DNA of 60,713 nucleotides from Pyrodictium sp. (GTDB taxonomy: Archaea > Thermoproteota > Thermoprotei_A > Sulfolobales > Pyrodictiaceae), in assembly GCA_015662475.1 (NCBI GenBank), contig DQUB01000055.1, forward strand, positions 1-60,713. Direction: 5' to 3'. Numbering within the stretch: position 1 is the stretch's first letter; every line of letters begins with the position of its first letter. A program made the translations under genes and the position numbers. The notes under the pieces were generated by a model. The model ran no database searches. It was not told the origin of the DNA and saw nothing but the letters and a program-made list of their open reading frames with translations. Shown piece after piece: positions 10,790 to 20,140 of the stretch.

Positions 10790-10850
10790 TCAGTACAGCG
10801 AAGAGATCATCAACATTCAGCTCCGCCGGAATACTTCATCGGCCACCTCC
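10790..10850 (-). repeat. copy 2 of recurring box motif, embedded in a C/D-like arrangement
   Basis: Minus strand reads GGAGGTGG-CCGATGA-15nt-CTGA-atg-TTGATGA-13nt-CTGA. An ATTTAA TATA-like element lies about 20 nt upstream of CCGATGA. Both flanking genes are on the plus strand. Confidence 0.35.
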
Positions 10851-10875
10851 ACCCCCTCCTTAAATACAGTATCGG

Positions 10876-11601
10876 TTGAATAGCTGTTTCGGGCGTCTGA
10901 TCATGAACAGCCAATTAGATTTAAAATGTATGCAATCTTGCACCTACACCATAAAGCTTCTATCATCAAGACCTTGGTTTAAAAAGCTCATCCATATAGT
11001 ACCACTACTTTATCCACACGACGATGTTCACGGGCTAGGGCATGTCTTACGCGTTTTCTGTCTTGCCACTTGTATCGCTATAGCTGAGGGTGCTGACCTA
11101 GATATTGTGGCAGCTGCAGCATTACTGCACGACATTGGTAGACTTGTTGAAAACCATATGCAGGTACATCATGCGATAATATCTGCAAACATGGCCTCAG
11201 AACTGCTTAGCGCTGTAGGATTTCCAGAGCATAAGATAGACGCTGTTAAAAGAGCTATACTGGCACACAGCTATAGTTTAAAACTGGCCCCTAGAAGCGT
11301 TGAAGAGTGTTGTGTGAGTGATGCTGATAAGTTAGACGCATTAGGCGCTATAGGTGTTTACCGAACTATAGCTACGAATGTACTACGTGGAAACAATCTA
11401 AACAGCATTATAGAGCATTTTGTAGAGAAGCTTTCGAAGCTAGAACAGTTAATGTGCACTAGAACTGGAAAGAAAATTGCTAGACAGAGACAGAAATTCA
11501 TCAACGAGTTCTTCGAGAATCTTAGATCTGAAATTTCCCTAGGAGAAGAAGCCTATAATACTATTAGAGATCTCGTGAAGATCTGGTCAACAAAGCCTTG
11601 A
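10876..11601 (+). CDS. HD-domain phosphohydrolase
   Basis: HGLGHVLRV and LLHDIGR motifs (H...HD). Confidence 0.8.
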   Translation: MNSCFGRLIMNSQLDLKCMQSCTYTIKLLSSRPWFKKLIHIVPLLYPHDDVHGLGHVLRVFCLATCIAIAEGADLDIVAAAALLHDIGRLVENHMQVHHAIISANMASELLSAVGFPEHKIDAVKRAILAHSYSLKLAPRSVEECCVSDADKLDALGAIGVYRTIATNVLRGNNLNSIIEHFVEKLSKLEQLMCTRTGKKIARQRQKFINEFFENLRSEISLGEEAYNTIRDLVKIWSTKP

Positions 11602-12878
11602 AACCCAAGCTACTCGTACTGGTACTAGATGGTGCTGCTGACAGCCCCACCATTGAAAAGACGAGTTTAAGTACCGCTAACACGCCTGGTCTCGACGAAC
11701 TAGCTCAACACGCATATGCAGGTTTCCACTATCCCATAGGTCCGGGCAAAGCACCAGAGAGTGATACAGCAGTGCTATCTCTACTCGGCTATGATCCTGA
11801 AAAATATTATACGGGTAGAGGGCCCCTAGAAGCACTCGGCATAAATGTTCAAATTAGAGAGGGGTATGAGGTAGCATTTAGAGCAAATTTTGCAACAATT
11901 GATGAATCTACACTTGAAATAATTGATAGACGTGTAGGAAGATCTCTAAAGAGTGAAGAAGCACGAGAACTAGCAAAAGCTGTTGATGGGATGAAACTAT
12001 CTGACGATGGCTATGCACGTGTATGGGCAACTATAGGTCATCGAGCAGTTGTCATAATAGGTAGTAGGACACGTAGACTGAGTGGAATGGTGGGTAATAC
12101 TGATCCAGCCTATATCCGTAAAGGTCTCATCTCAGTTGCTGTTCCAAATCCTTCAAAACGAATAGCAAGATGCGTACCTTTAGTAGATGACGAGGCGGCA
12201 AAAGAAACTTGCAAACTTGTTGATGAGTTCACGTTAAAAGCCATAGAGATACTCAAAGACCATCCAATAAACATTGAAAGAGCTCAAAAAGGTTTACCCA
12301 AGGCAAACGCCATACTCTTACGAGACGCTGGAGATCGTATGCCTAGACTACCACACTTCGCCAAAATGCATGGCTTTACCTCCGCTAGCGGTATAGCTGA
12401 AATGCCAGTTGAAATCGGGATACTTAGAGCTGCAAAAATGCACATCTATTTAGTACCACCTCCTACGGGAAACCTGAGAGAAGATCTACCACTACGTCTT
12501 AAAGCAACTATTAGAGCACTATCAGAAAACGATTTCGTATACGTACATTTAAAAGGACCCGATGAACCGGGCCACGACGGCAAATTTGAAGACAAGGTTA
12601 GAGCAATAGAAGAAATAGACAAGTACTTCATACAACCATTGCTAAATGAAATAGACTTAGACAATGTCGCAGTACTGGTTACCTCCGACCATGCTACACC
12701 CTACACTTTAAGAAGCCATAGTGGCGATCCAGTACCATTCATGCTCTCTTGGAAGAAGATAAAGAATAGTATAGGTAAGTTTGATGAGAAGAACTGTATC
12801 CGGCAAGCTAAATGGCGCATAGACTATGCATACAGGTTACTACCAACTATAGTTAGGTTTCTCAAAACACATGCTTGA
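11598..12878 (+). CDS. apgM: cofactor-independent phosphoglycerate mutase, archaeal type
   Basis: N-terminal LVLDGAAD, TPGLDELA, GRGPLEALG and C-terminal TSDHATP motifs. The 4-nt start/stop overlap with the HD gene suggests coupling. Confidence 0.9.
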   Translation: MKPKLLVLVLDGAADSPTIEKTSLSTANTPGLDELAQHAYAGFHYPIGPGKAPESDTAVLSLLGYDPEKYYTGRGPLEALGINVQIREGYEVAFRANFATIDESTLEIIDRRVGRSLKSEEARELAKAVDGMKLSDDGYARVWATIGHRAVVIIGSRTRRLSGMVGNTDPAYIRKGLISVAVPNPSKRIARCVPLVDDEAAKETCKLVDEFTLKAIEILKDHPINIERAQKGLPKANAILLRDAGDRMPRLPHFAKMHGFTSASGIAEMPVEIGILRAAKMHIYLVPPPTGNLREDLPLRLKATIRALSENDFVYVHLKGPDEPGHDGKFEDKVRAIEEIDKYFIQPLLNEIDLDNVAVLVTSDHATPYTLRSHSGDPVPFMLSWKKIKNSIGKFDEKNCIRQAKWRIDYAYRLLPTIVRFLKTHA

Positions 12879-12981
12879 GAATCTACATGTGTGGGAGCTC
12901 AGCAGCGCCCAGCACTTCTCCATCCCGGGGCAAAGCCCGGTACGTTCCGGTCCACCTCAGCATCCAAAACCTCCTCTATTT

Positions 12982-13770
12982 CTAATGCCCTATTTTTACT
13001 TGTACCTCAATAGAGTCTATTTTGTCTAGTTCTGATAAGAGTCTATCTATATTAATGCGTCCACGTTTGTATTGTTCAACTAACATGAAAAATTTATCAT
13101 ATTCACTAGCATTTAATGGTCTTCTCAACCTTATCACAAAACTACAAAGTCTTGATACAACTACTTCTATGATGGCACCACTACATAGCGCATCTAACAT
13201 GTTCTCGAGATCTGTTGGGGATGGCATGCAAACTTCGTTTGGATGTGTATGTCCAAAGAATACGTGCGGGATTTTTGGAAGTATTACATTTCTTTCTCCA
13301 CCTCTACCAACAGCTATATTGCCATCCCATGTTACCACTACAAAGTATTCGTTGTTTTTGAAAGAGAGTTTGTGGAGGATAGGCATAATATTGTTTTCAA
13401 CAACTTCAAGCATTTTAATGCTTATACTATCAGCATGCAAGCAACTGGAACCAATTGGATTGTCAAAACACTTTACAACTATTCGATCCGTAGAAAGCAA
13501 ATGTTTCGTTAGCGTTGATTCTATGTACGCTGTAACTTCTTCTAGCCAACTTTTATCTGGACAGTTTTTAGCGTAGAAGACATAGACCCATTTATTGTTT
13601 TGCTCTTCTGCTTGTAGTAAGCATGTAGATGGGGTATACTCTTCAAGTAAGGTTGCAAGATGAAAAGCTATACCTAGTCTAGCTACTATGACACCTGTAT
13701 TTCCGAATATTTGGTTCAGCTCGGCATCCCACTCCGCACCGCTCGGAACAGTGCCCGGAGCCTTCATCAC
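12982..13770 (-). CDS. JAMM/MPN+ motif protein with an uncharacterised N-terminal domain
   Basis: HTHPNEVCMPSPTD (13210-13251) fits HxHx7Sx2D exactly, with a Glu (EYFVVV) upstream. The N-terminal ~140 aa are not recognised. Confidence 0.7.
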   Translation of the reverse strand: MMKAPGTVPSGAEWDAELNQIFGNTGVIVARLGIAFHLATLLEEYTPSTCLLQAEEQNNKWVYVFYAKNCPDKSWLEEVTAYIESTLTKHLLSTDRIVVKCFDNPIGSSCLHADSISIKMLEVVENNIMPILHKLSFKNNEYFVVVTWDGNIAVGRGGERNVILPKIPHVFFGHTHPNEVCMPSPTDLENMLDALCSGAIIEVVVSRLCSFVIRLRRPLNASEYDKFFMLVEQYKRGRINIDRLLSELDKIDSIEVQVKIGH

Positions 13771-13840
13771 CTACATATGCCATATTATGTTTAGGCGTAA
13801 AAATCTTGTCTAAATTACACTGTAATTGTTAAACTCTTCT

Positions 13841-15298
13841 TCAAATGTTGTAATATAGATATACTTCTATTGGCGATGGATATAGTCTAACTTCATTGCA
13901 CTCTCTCCTTTTGATCTCTATGTAAGTTTCCAGAGTTTCTTTGGGGAATATTGGTTTGAGGAACTCCATGTCCGATTCAAGTTCATCAAGCGCTTCATCA
14001 AGACTACGCGGTAGCTCTCTTATCCCCAATCTACGCCTCTCCTCAACCGTCATAGTATATACGTTTTTGTCCACTGGATCTCCAGGATCTATCTTCTTCT
14101 TAATACCATCAAGGCCTGCAGCAAGTATAGCTGCAAACGCTAGATATGGGTTTGCCGATGGATCTGGAGGTCTAAACTCTATCCTCTTACCCTTAGCATC
14201 GCCTCGATGATATATAGGCACTCTTACTGCTGCACTGCGATTAGCCTTGCTCCAAACAAGGTACACTGGCGCTTCGTAACCCGGTACTAACCTTTTATAA
14301 CTATTTGTTGTTGGTGCAACTAGAGCTGCTAACGCTCTACCGTGTTCTAGTAGCCCACCAATGAAATAGCGACCCAACTGACTTAGTTCTGCATATTCAT
14401 CGTTGGGATCGTAGAACAGGTTTTCCTTACCTTCTCTATCCCAAAGACTAATGTGTGTATGCATTCCATTACCGTTATCACCATAGACAACTTTAGGCAT
14501 GAAGGTTGCCGTCATCCCATGTCTTGCTGCAACATTTCTCGCAACATACTTGAGCGTGATTACGTTATCTGCCGTCTTTTTAAGATCTGCAAATCTAAAA
14601 TCTATCTCCACCTGGCCAAACGCTGCAACTTCATGGTGATGAGCCTCCACTGTGAATCCAAAATAGTCTTCAAGATATTCTGCAATCTCTTCTCTTACAA
14701 CTAGCAGTTTATCTATCGGTGTTGGCGTATGATAGGCCTTTTTTATTCTCTGGAAATCACCAACATTGACTAGCCTGTCAGAACTAGTGCTGTTAACTTC
14801 AAAGCTGTGTATCCTATAGCCTGTCCCGAATACCGGGGTTAAGATGTCTACTTCAATGCCATTTAATATCATGAATTCTACCTCAGGACCAAAGAATGCT
14901 ACATAGCCGTTTTCCGCTGCATACTGCATAGCCCTTTCTGCAATATAGCGTGGATCTTTTGGAAATCTACCTCTCCCCATACTCAGATACACATCAACTA
15001 TCATTCTAGCACGCTTAGGGTTCCAAGGGAGTATTGCTGCTGTTGACGGATCAGGCTTTAACACCAAATCACTCTCATTAATAGCAGTAAAACCTTCAAC
15101 ACTACTACCATCAAGTTGACCCAAACCTTTAGTAAATGCATCCTCGTCCAGCGAGTGGAGAGGAACCGTAGTTGAATGCAAATAGCCTGCTAGATCGACA
15201 AAGTGTAACTCTACCCATCTTACACCCTTTTTCTTCAATTCTTCTACAACTCGAAGACCTTGCTCACCCAACAACTTACACCCTTCTTGATACCCCAT
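13841..15298 (-). CDS. glnA: glutamine synthetase type I
   Basis: GNGMHTHISLW, NSYKRLVPGYEAP and RIEFRPPDPSANPYL motifs. Confidence 0.95.
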   Translation of the reverse strand: MGYQEGCKLLGEQGLRVVEELKKKGVRWVELHFVDLAGYLHSTTVPLHSLDEDAFTKGLGQLDGSSVEGFTAINESDLVLKPDPSTAAILPWNPKRARMIVDVYLSMGRGRFPKDPRYIAERAMQYAAENGYVAFFGPEVEFMILNGIEVDILTPVFGTGYRIHSFEVNSTSSDRLVNVGDFQRIKKAYHTPTPIDKLLVVREEIAEYLEDYFGFTVEAHHHEVAAFGQVEIDFRFADLKKTADNVITLKYVARNVAARHGMTATFMPKVVYGDNGNGMHTHISLWDREGKENLFYDPNDEYAELSQLGRYFIGGLLEHGRALAALVAPTTNSYKRLVPGYEAPVYLVWSKANRSAAVRVPIYHRGDAKGKRIEFRPPDPSANPYLAFAAILAAGLDGIKKKIDPGDPVDKNVYTMTVEERRRLGIRELPRSLDEALDELESDMEFLKPIFPKETLETYIEIKRRECNEVRLYPSPIEVYLYYNI

Positions 15299-15414
15299 TC
15301 GGACAAGTATAGAAACAGTACGCTTTAGAAGACGAACACTAATTCGAATAACTACACTACAGTTGAGCCTAAAACTAGACTCATGAGCTGTAATCGTTGA
15401 GTGGAGATGAGTAG

Positions 15415-16467
15415 ATGCTTGTTAGAGCATTAACACTACACTTGGACGAATACCCTACAACTCCTAAGCAAATATTGAAAACTGTTGAGTCTTCCATAGA
15501 GAAACTTAAGAAGTTGTCCAAGACTATACAGCGCGAAGCCAATTTAGACGTTTGGTCACTACGTATTTCTTTCCCATTGACACCCCAAGATGTTGACAAT
15601 AGCTTTCTTGTGGAGATGGCTCGAAAACTAGCATCATACAAAGAGGCCATGTTCTCATTTATACATGTTAAGAGTGCTGATAGGCTAGACCTGCTAGAGT
15701 TAGTGAAGATCTCAGATAATCTTTATGGTTCTGCTATTATAAGCGATTGGAGTGATCATAGTCTTCAAAAACTACAACAGCTTATCATAAGACTTGGATA
15801 CAATGCATCAAGAGTAGCTGTAGTCACTAACAATATTCTAACACCCTATTTTCCTGTTGGCACTCTAGTAGATGTTGATGAAGAATGTGTAAGTGTAGCT
15901 TACCTGTACCCAGACATTATCGAGGAGAAAGGCTTTGAAGGACTTTCAACACTCATTCAATACGCACAAAAGATTGAAAAAACCGTTAAGATGACGTCTG
16001 CACACTTCTGTGGACACGATCTATCTCTATCACCCTGGAACAACATGAGTGTTGCCAGAGCTCTTACAAGACTATTCGGCTATCAACCTTTTGAATATGG
16101 TTTTGGTCTAACAGTAGACATGTTCAACGAAAAGTTAGCAAAAATGTGTGAGATGGTGACATGTATAGGATTTAACGAAGTTATGCTAGCTGTAGCTGAA
16201 GACAATGAGCTTAAAAAACTTGTTGGAGAAGGGCTTCTTAGACTAGAACACCTTGTACGCCTTGCCTACGCCTCAGTAGCTGGCATAGACATGGTACTAC
16301 TTCCTAAAACCCATGCTAATCTAATACCTCGACTTTACCTCGAAATTATAGCTGCTAGTAGAGTGAAGAAACGCCCTCTTGGATTTAGAGTGATAGTTTC
16401 AAAAGCTAAACCCCGTGAATGGGTTGAATTTGGGATATTTGGTAAAACACCTGTAATAGAGTGTTAG
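15415..16467 (+). CDS. DUF711 (UPF0210)-like protein
   Basis: N-terminal VRALTLHL and C-terminal MLAVAEDNEL...SVAGIDMVLLP resemble DUF711 family blocks. Confidence 0.6.
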   Translation: MLVRALTLHLDEYPTTPKQILKTVESSIEKLKKLSKTIQREANLDVWSLRISFPLTPQDVDNSFLVEMARKLASYKEAMFSFIHVKSADRLDLLELVKISDNLYGSAIISDWSDHSLQKLQQLIIRLGYNASRVAVVTNNILTPYFPVGTLVDVDEECVSVAYLYPDIIEEKGFEGLSTLIQYAQKIEKTVKMTSAHFCGHDLSLSPWNNMSVARALTRLFGYQPFEYGFGLTVDMFNEKLAKMCEMVTCIGFNEVMLAVAEDNELKKLVGEGLLRLEHLVRLAYASVAGIDMVLLPKTHANLIPRLYLEIIAASRVKKRPLGFRVIVSKAKPREWVEFGIFGKTPVIEC

Positions 16468-16471
16468 TCGA

Positions 16472-17443
16472 ATGGATGGTAGTATGGAGACCACTGTGTA
16501 TGGGTGCATAGACAATAACACAATCGTTTTTGAAGTGGATGTTGAAAGCGAAATACCATTATATGTGCCATCTAGTTGCAAGGTGTTAGAGAAAAGAAAC
16601 ACACATTTAAAAGCTAGATGCAGTATTGGTCTTCAAGACCCAACATACATGCCACCAGCCTACTATCTTCTACCACTTCCACGCGATACACCATATCTAA
16701 AACAGCAAACACGAATTGTACTCGATATACCGCCTACATGGCATGCTATTGGGCTAGTTGAACACCATTCAACAGTTATTACAAAGACTAAGCGTGTCTA
16801 TATGGAGGGAGAACAACCACCTCAACTACTACTGTACAGGAAAGAACCATTACCAAAAACGTTGGAATTACATGATCTGCTCTTCGACTACCCCATACTC
16901 CTTTACAAAAGCGAAGAAGATGTGGTAAAGTGTTTGTACCACATTAAACAAAATGCGCTAAACTATGATGATACTGCTAAAGGGTTTAGCTGCAGTCTTG
17001 ATAAACCATGTGAGTTATACTGCAGCGAGTCTGTCTACAAACAGATAGTAAATACGCTAATGTCAGTAGATCTCAGCAATTTTGATCCCTACACAGCTTC
17101 TGCAATAATTCAACGCTTGCTGGGTTGCATACTGTCTACAGAGGCTATTAAAGCTATACGTGATGATCTAGTAGCACAAAAAAGAGCCATTACTAGTATC
17201 CTTGATTTAGTATCGGTTAAGATTGAAGGGGGAACTGCTACAATTAGTCTCTTGTACCCTTTCAAAAGGATTTGTATTCGCTACGACTGCGACAGTGTTG
17301 GAAAAGAAATCTGCTACTTTAAACATAACGTTATCAGTATAGACCTTAACAGTACGTGTAACATATACATAGCCTTTATATGCAGATCATGCTGGCAAGA
17401 ATTGAGACGTTTGCTGACTAGGTTCTCGAACAACAACACGTGA
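16472..17443 (+). CDS. hypothetical protein
   Basis: 323-aa ORF starting 4 nt after the DUF711 gene. Its 3' end overlaps rad50 convergently by 57 nt. Confidence 0.6.
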   Translation: MDGSMETTVYGCIDNNTIVFEVDVESEIPLYVPSSCKVLEKRNTHLKARCSIGLQDPTYMPPAYYLLPLPRDTPYLKQQTRIVLDIPPTWHAIGLVEHHSTVITKTKRVYMEGEQPPQLLLYRKEPLPKTLELHDLLFDYPILLYKSEEDVVKCLYHIKQNALNYDDTAKGFSCSLDKPCELYCSESVYKQIVNTLMSVDLSNFDPYTASAIIQRLLGCILSTEAIKAIRDDLVAQKRAITSILDLVSVKIEGGTATISLLYPFKRICIRYDCDSVGKEICYFKHNVISIDLNSTCNIYIAFICRSCWQELRRLLTRFSNNNT

Positions 17444-20140
17444 TATACCAGACTCTTTAACAACTTCTACAACTGTATCCGCAGCCTCTTCCAACTCACG
17501 ATCATGTGTAACAACTATCATCTGATTAACACCTAGTAACTTTGGACCTTGTCGCAATATTTCAACAAGTTCTCGCCGTCTTTCTTCGTCCAAGTGTACT
17601 GTGGGCTCATCAAGTATCAATACACCCAATTTGCCTCCAAGAGCTCTAGCTATTGCTAGTCTAAAAGCTAGAGCTAACGCTATTCTTTCACCTCCACTAA
17701 GCATTGTCACACTCTTCTTACCATCCCTCGTTAGCAGGTACACATTGTATTCAGAATCTAGCTCGACTCCAAGTGCATCAACTCCAAATCTCATTATAAA
17801 TTGTTGCATTAGCATTTCTATAATCTTCTTTGCCTTTAACCTAATGAGCCTTGGCAAGCCACCTGGTTCTAACACTTTTTGGATACGCTTCAAGTCGCTG
17901 TAAGCTTTATTTATCTTAGCTAACATCTTTCTCTTCTCCTCAACAAGCTTTTCGCAATCTTGCAACTTCTTTTCATCTTCTTCAACCTTTCTTAGACGTT
18001 CTTCAAGCATAGCTTGTTCTTTAATGAGGTCCTCTATCTCTCTTCTAACCTCCTTCACACGTTTATCTACATTCCTAAACTCTTCTTCACTAAACTCTAG
18101 CGATCTAAGTCTATCGACAACCTCTTCTAGTTCAACAACTTTCTGCTCATATTTAGACTTGAGATTTGCAAGACGTTTCTCAAGCTGTTTCTTCTCAACC
18201 ATAAGTCTATCATACTCGCTTATAACCTTCTCAAACTCTTCAAGATTTTCCACAATATAGACTATTTCGTTGAGAGAGTAGCCTGCCAATGCCTCTTCCA
18301 ACATTTGTTCGGTGTGAATTAGCTCCTCTTTCAACTTATTTAGTCTCTCTTCCTCAACTTTGATTTTTGTTGCAAGCTCTTGTAGATGTTCCAACTGCTT
18401 AATACGCTCTTCAACTTTTCCAATCTCGTCTCTTAAGGCATCATACTCTTTTACAGCTGCTAATAGCTCAAGTAGCTTATTTTGAAGTTCTTGTTTTTCT
18501 CGTTCAACAACTCTTAACTTTTCATCCAACGTTCTAATATATGATACCATCTCCTCTACTTTACTCCTAGCTTTAGAAGAGCCTTCTAGAACACTTTTAA
18601 CAAACTCCATGTCCTTCTTAAGTCTCTCCTTCTTCTCAATAAGTTTTGAAAGTTTAGCTTCTAACTCCAACTTCTTTGCCCTAAGTTGTTTTATCAACTT
18701 CATTCTATGTTCAGCATCTAAAGGTCGGCCACAGAGAGGACAACGACCACTAGCTCTTGTCAACAGTTCAAGTTGTTTTGACACTTCGTCTAGTTGCGAT
18801 CTAATTGCACCTACCTCGCTATTCAACCTATCAAAATCTTTCTCTAATTTCTCAAGCACACTCTTACTTTTTGCCTCAAGCTGCTGGAGAGCGGAAAGCA
18901 GACGCTGCGGATCTCTTAAAGCTATGTTCCGTCTATTCAATGCTTGTTCAACAATAGCTACTATACGTGCTATTGCACGTTCTTTTTCCTCTCTAAGTCT
19001 ACTAATTTCTCTATCGAGATCCGTGAGACGTTTTTTAATGGTTTCATATTCTGCTACACGGTTACTTAGACGAGTTAGCTGATCATACAGTAGACGTCGT
19101 CTTCTCATAAGCTCTTCAAGCTCTTTTACTTCTACAACTCTACCTCTATACTTTCGTATGAAGTTGGCAATATTTGCAATTTCTCTTTCAAGCATACTCT
19201 TCTTCTCTAAAAGCACCCTTACCCTTTTTGCTACTTCCACCTTACTCTTAACCTCTTCGATCGAACCATACTTCTCCATGATGGCGTTTATCTGGCTCTC
19301 AATATCTCTAAGCTCGTCTTCAACTTCTCTAATTTCATTCTCCACTTCAGCTAATTCTTTCTCGAGCATTTCTCTTCTATTGCTAAGCGAGATGTATTCT
19401 TCATGAAGAGTTCTTAGATGTTGTAGTTTCTCTTCTAGCTCTGAAAGCAACTGTTTCTTCTCCAACAGCTTTTGCGTAATTTTGGCAAGTTGAGATTGAA
19501 GTTGTGGTTTTACCTCAACTTCTTTTCTGAGCCTTTGCACCTCGTTTTCCAAGTGGCTAATATCGTTTATTATTAGGTTGCGCCTATTTTCAATCTCTTT
19601 TACAAGGTACTTTATCCTCTCATAAGCTTTCTCTATAGCGTTAAGACCCAATAGCGTGTTTAGCATGTCTATACGCTTGTTTTTGTCGTAAAGTATTAGG
19701 TCTATCTCGCCTTGCCTAGCAATCATGGAGAAACGGGCAAGCGATGCATCAATCCCTGTTAACTTTCTAATTTCTAGTTCTACGTTCTTCACACCATATG
19801 CAATAAGTCTTCTACTATTTTGCTCGTCGACCTCATATAGTCTTGCATCTGAAGCTCCTGCACGATTTATGATACGTTCGACAATGTATTTGCGTGAACC
19901 AAGCCTAAAGCATACTCTAATATATGCACGTGGTGCACCTAGTCTGATTAGAGGCTCTTTCTTTCTAGGATCACGACTATGGATTGAGAATAGTGCATAT
20001 GTTATAGCATCTATAATGCTTGTCTTTCCCGCCCCATTAGGTCCGACTATAACCGTAATGCCAGGTTCAAGCTTTAATCTAGTCTCTTTATGACTTAGAA
20101 CGTTCTCCATATAAACTTCCTCTAAGATCAATAAAATCAC
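17387..20140 (-). CDS. rad50: DNA double-strand break repair ATPase Rad50
   Basis: Walker A GPNGAGKTS, long coiled coil with zinc hook CPLCGRPL, signature LSGGERIALALA, Walker B LILDEPTVHLD. Start overlaps the mre11 stop. Confidence 0.95.
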   Translation of the reverse strand: MILLILEEVYMENVLSHKETRLKLEPGITVIVGPNGAGKTSIIDAITYALFSIHSRDPRKKEPLIRLGAPRAYIRVCFRLGSRKYIVERIINRAGASDARLYEVDEQNSRRLIAYGVKNVELEIRKLTGIDASLARFSMIARQGEIDLILYDKNKRIDMLNTLLGLNAIEKAYERIKYLVKEIENRRNLIINDISHLENEVQRLRKEVEVKPQLQSQLAKITQKLLEKKQLLSELEEKLQHLRTLHEEYISLSNRREMLEKELAEVENEIREVEDELRDIESQINAIMEKYGSIEEVKSKVEVAKRVRVLLEKKSMLEREIANIANFIRKYRGRVVEVKELEELMRRRRLLYDQLTRLSNRVAEYETIKKRLTDLDREISRLREEKERAIARIVAIVEQALNRRNIALRDPQRLLSALQQLEAKSKSVLEKLEKDFDRLNSEVGAIRSQLDEVSKQLELLTRASGRCPLCGRPLDAEHRMKLIKQLRAKKLELEAKLSKLIEKKERLKKDMEFVKSVLEGSSKARSKVEEMVSYIRTLDEKLRVVEREKQELQNKLLELLAAVKEYDALRDEIGKVEERIKQLEHLQELATKIKVEEERLNKLKEELIHTEQMLEEALAGYSLNEIVYIVENLEEFEKVISEYDRLMVEKKQLEKRLANLKSKYEQKVVELEEVVDRLRSLEFSEEEFRNVDKRVKEVRREIEDLIKEQAMLEERLRKVEEDEKKLQDCEKLVEEKRKMLAKINKAYSDLKRIQKVLEPGGLPRLIRLKAKKIIEMLMQQFIMRFGVDALGVELDSEYNVYLLTRDGKKSVTMLSGGERIALALAFRLAIARALGGKLGVLILDEPTVHLDEERRRELVEILRQGPKLLGVNQMIVVTHDRELEEAADTVVEVVKESGISRVVVREPSQQTSQFLPA

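Noticed and set aside
16472-17443. Considered as the missing NurA nuclease because it abuts rad50.
   Set aside because: It is on the opposite strand (convergent), and I see no NurA-type catalytic Asp motif. Only a profile search could rescue this idea.
17601-19406. Several plus-strand ORFs of 78-157 aa inside rad50 (for example 18609-19082), rich in Ser/Leu/Phe.
   Set aside because: They are antisense shadows of the Glu/Lys/Leu-rich Rad50 coiled coil. They are low complexity, with no independent start context or motif.
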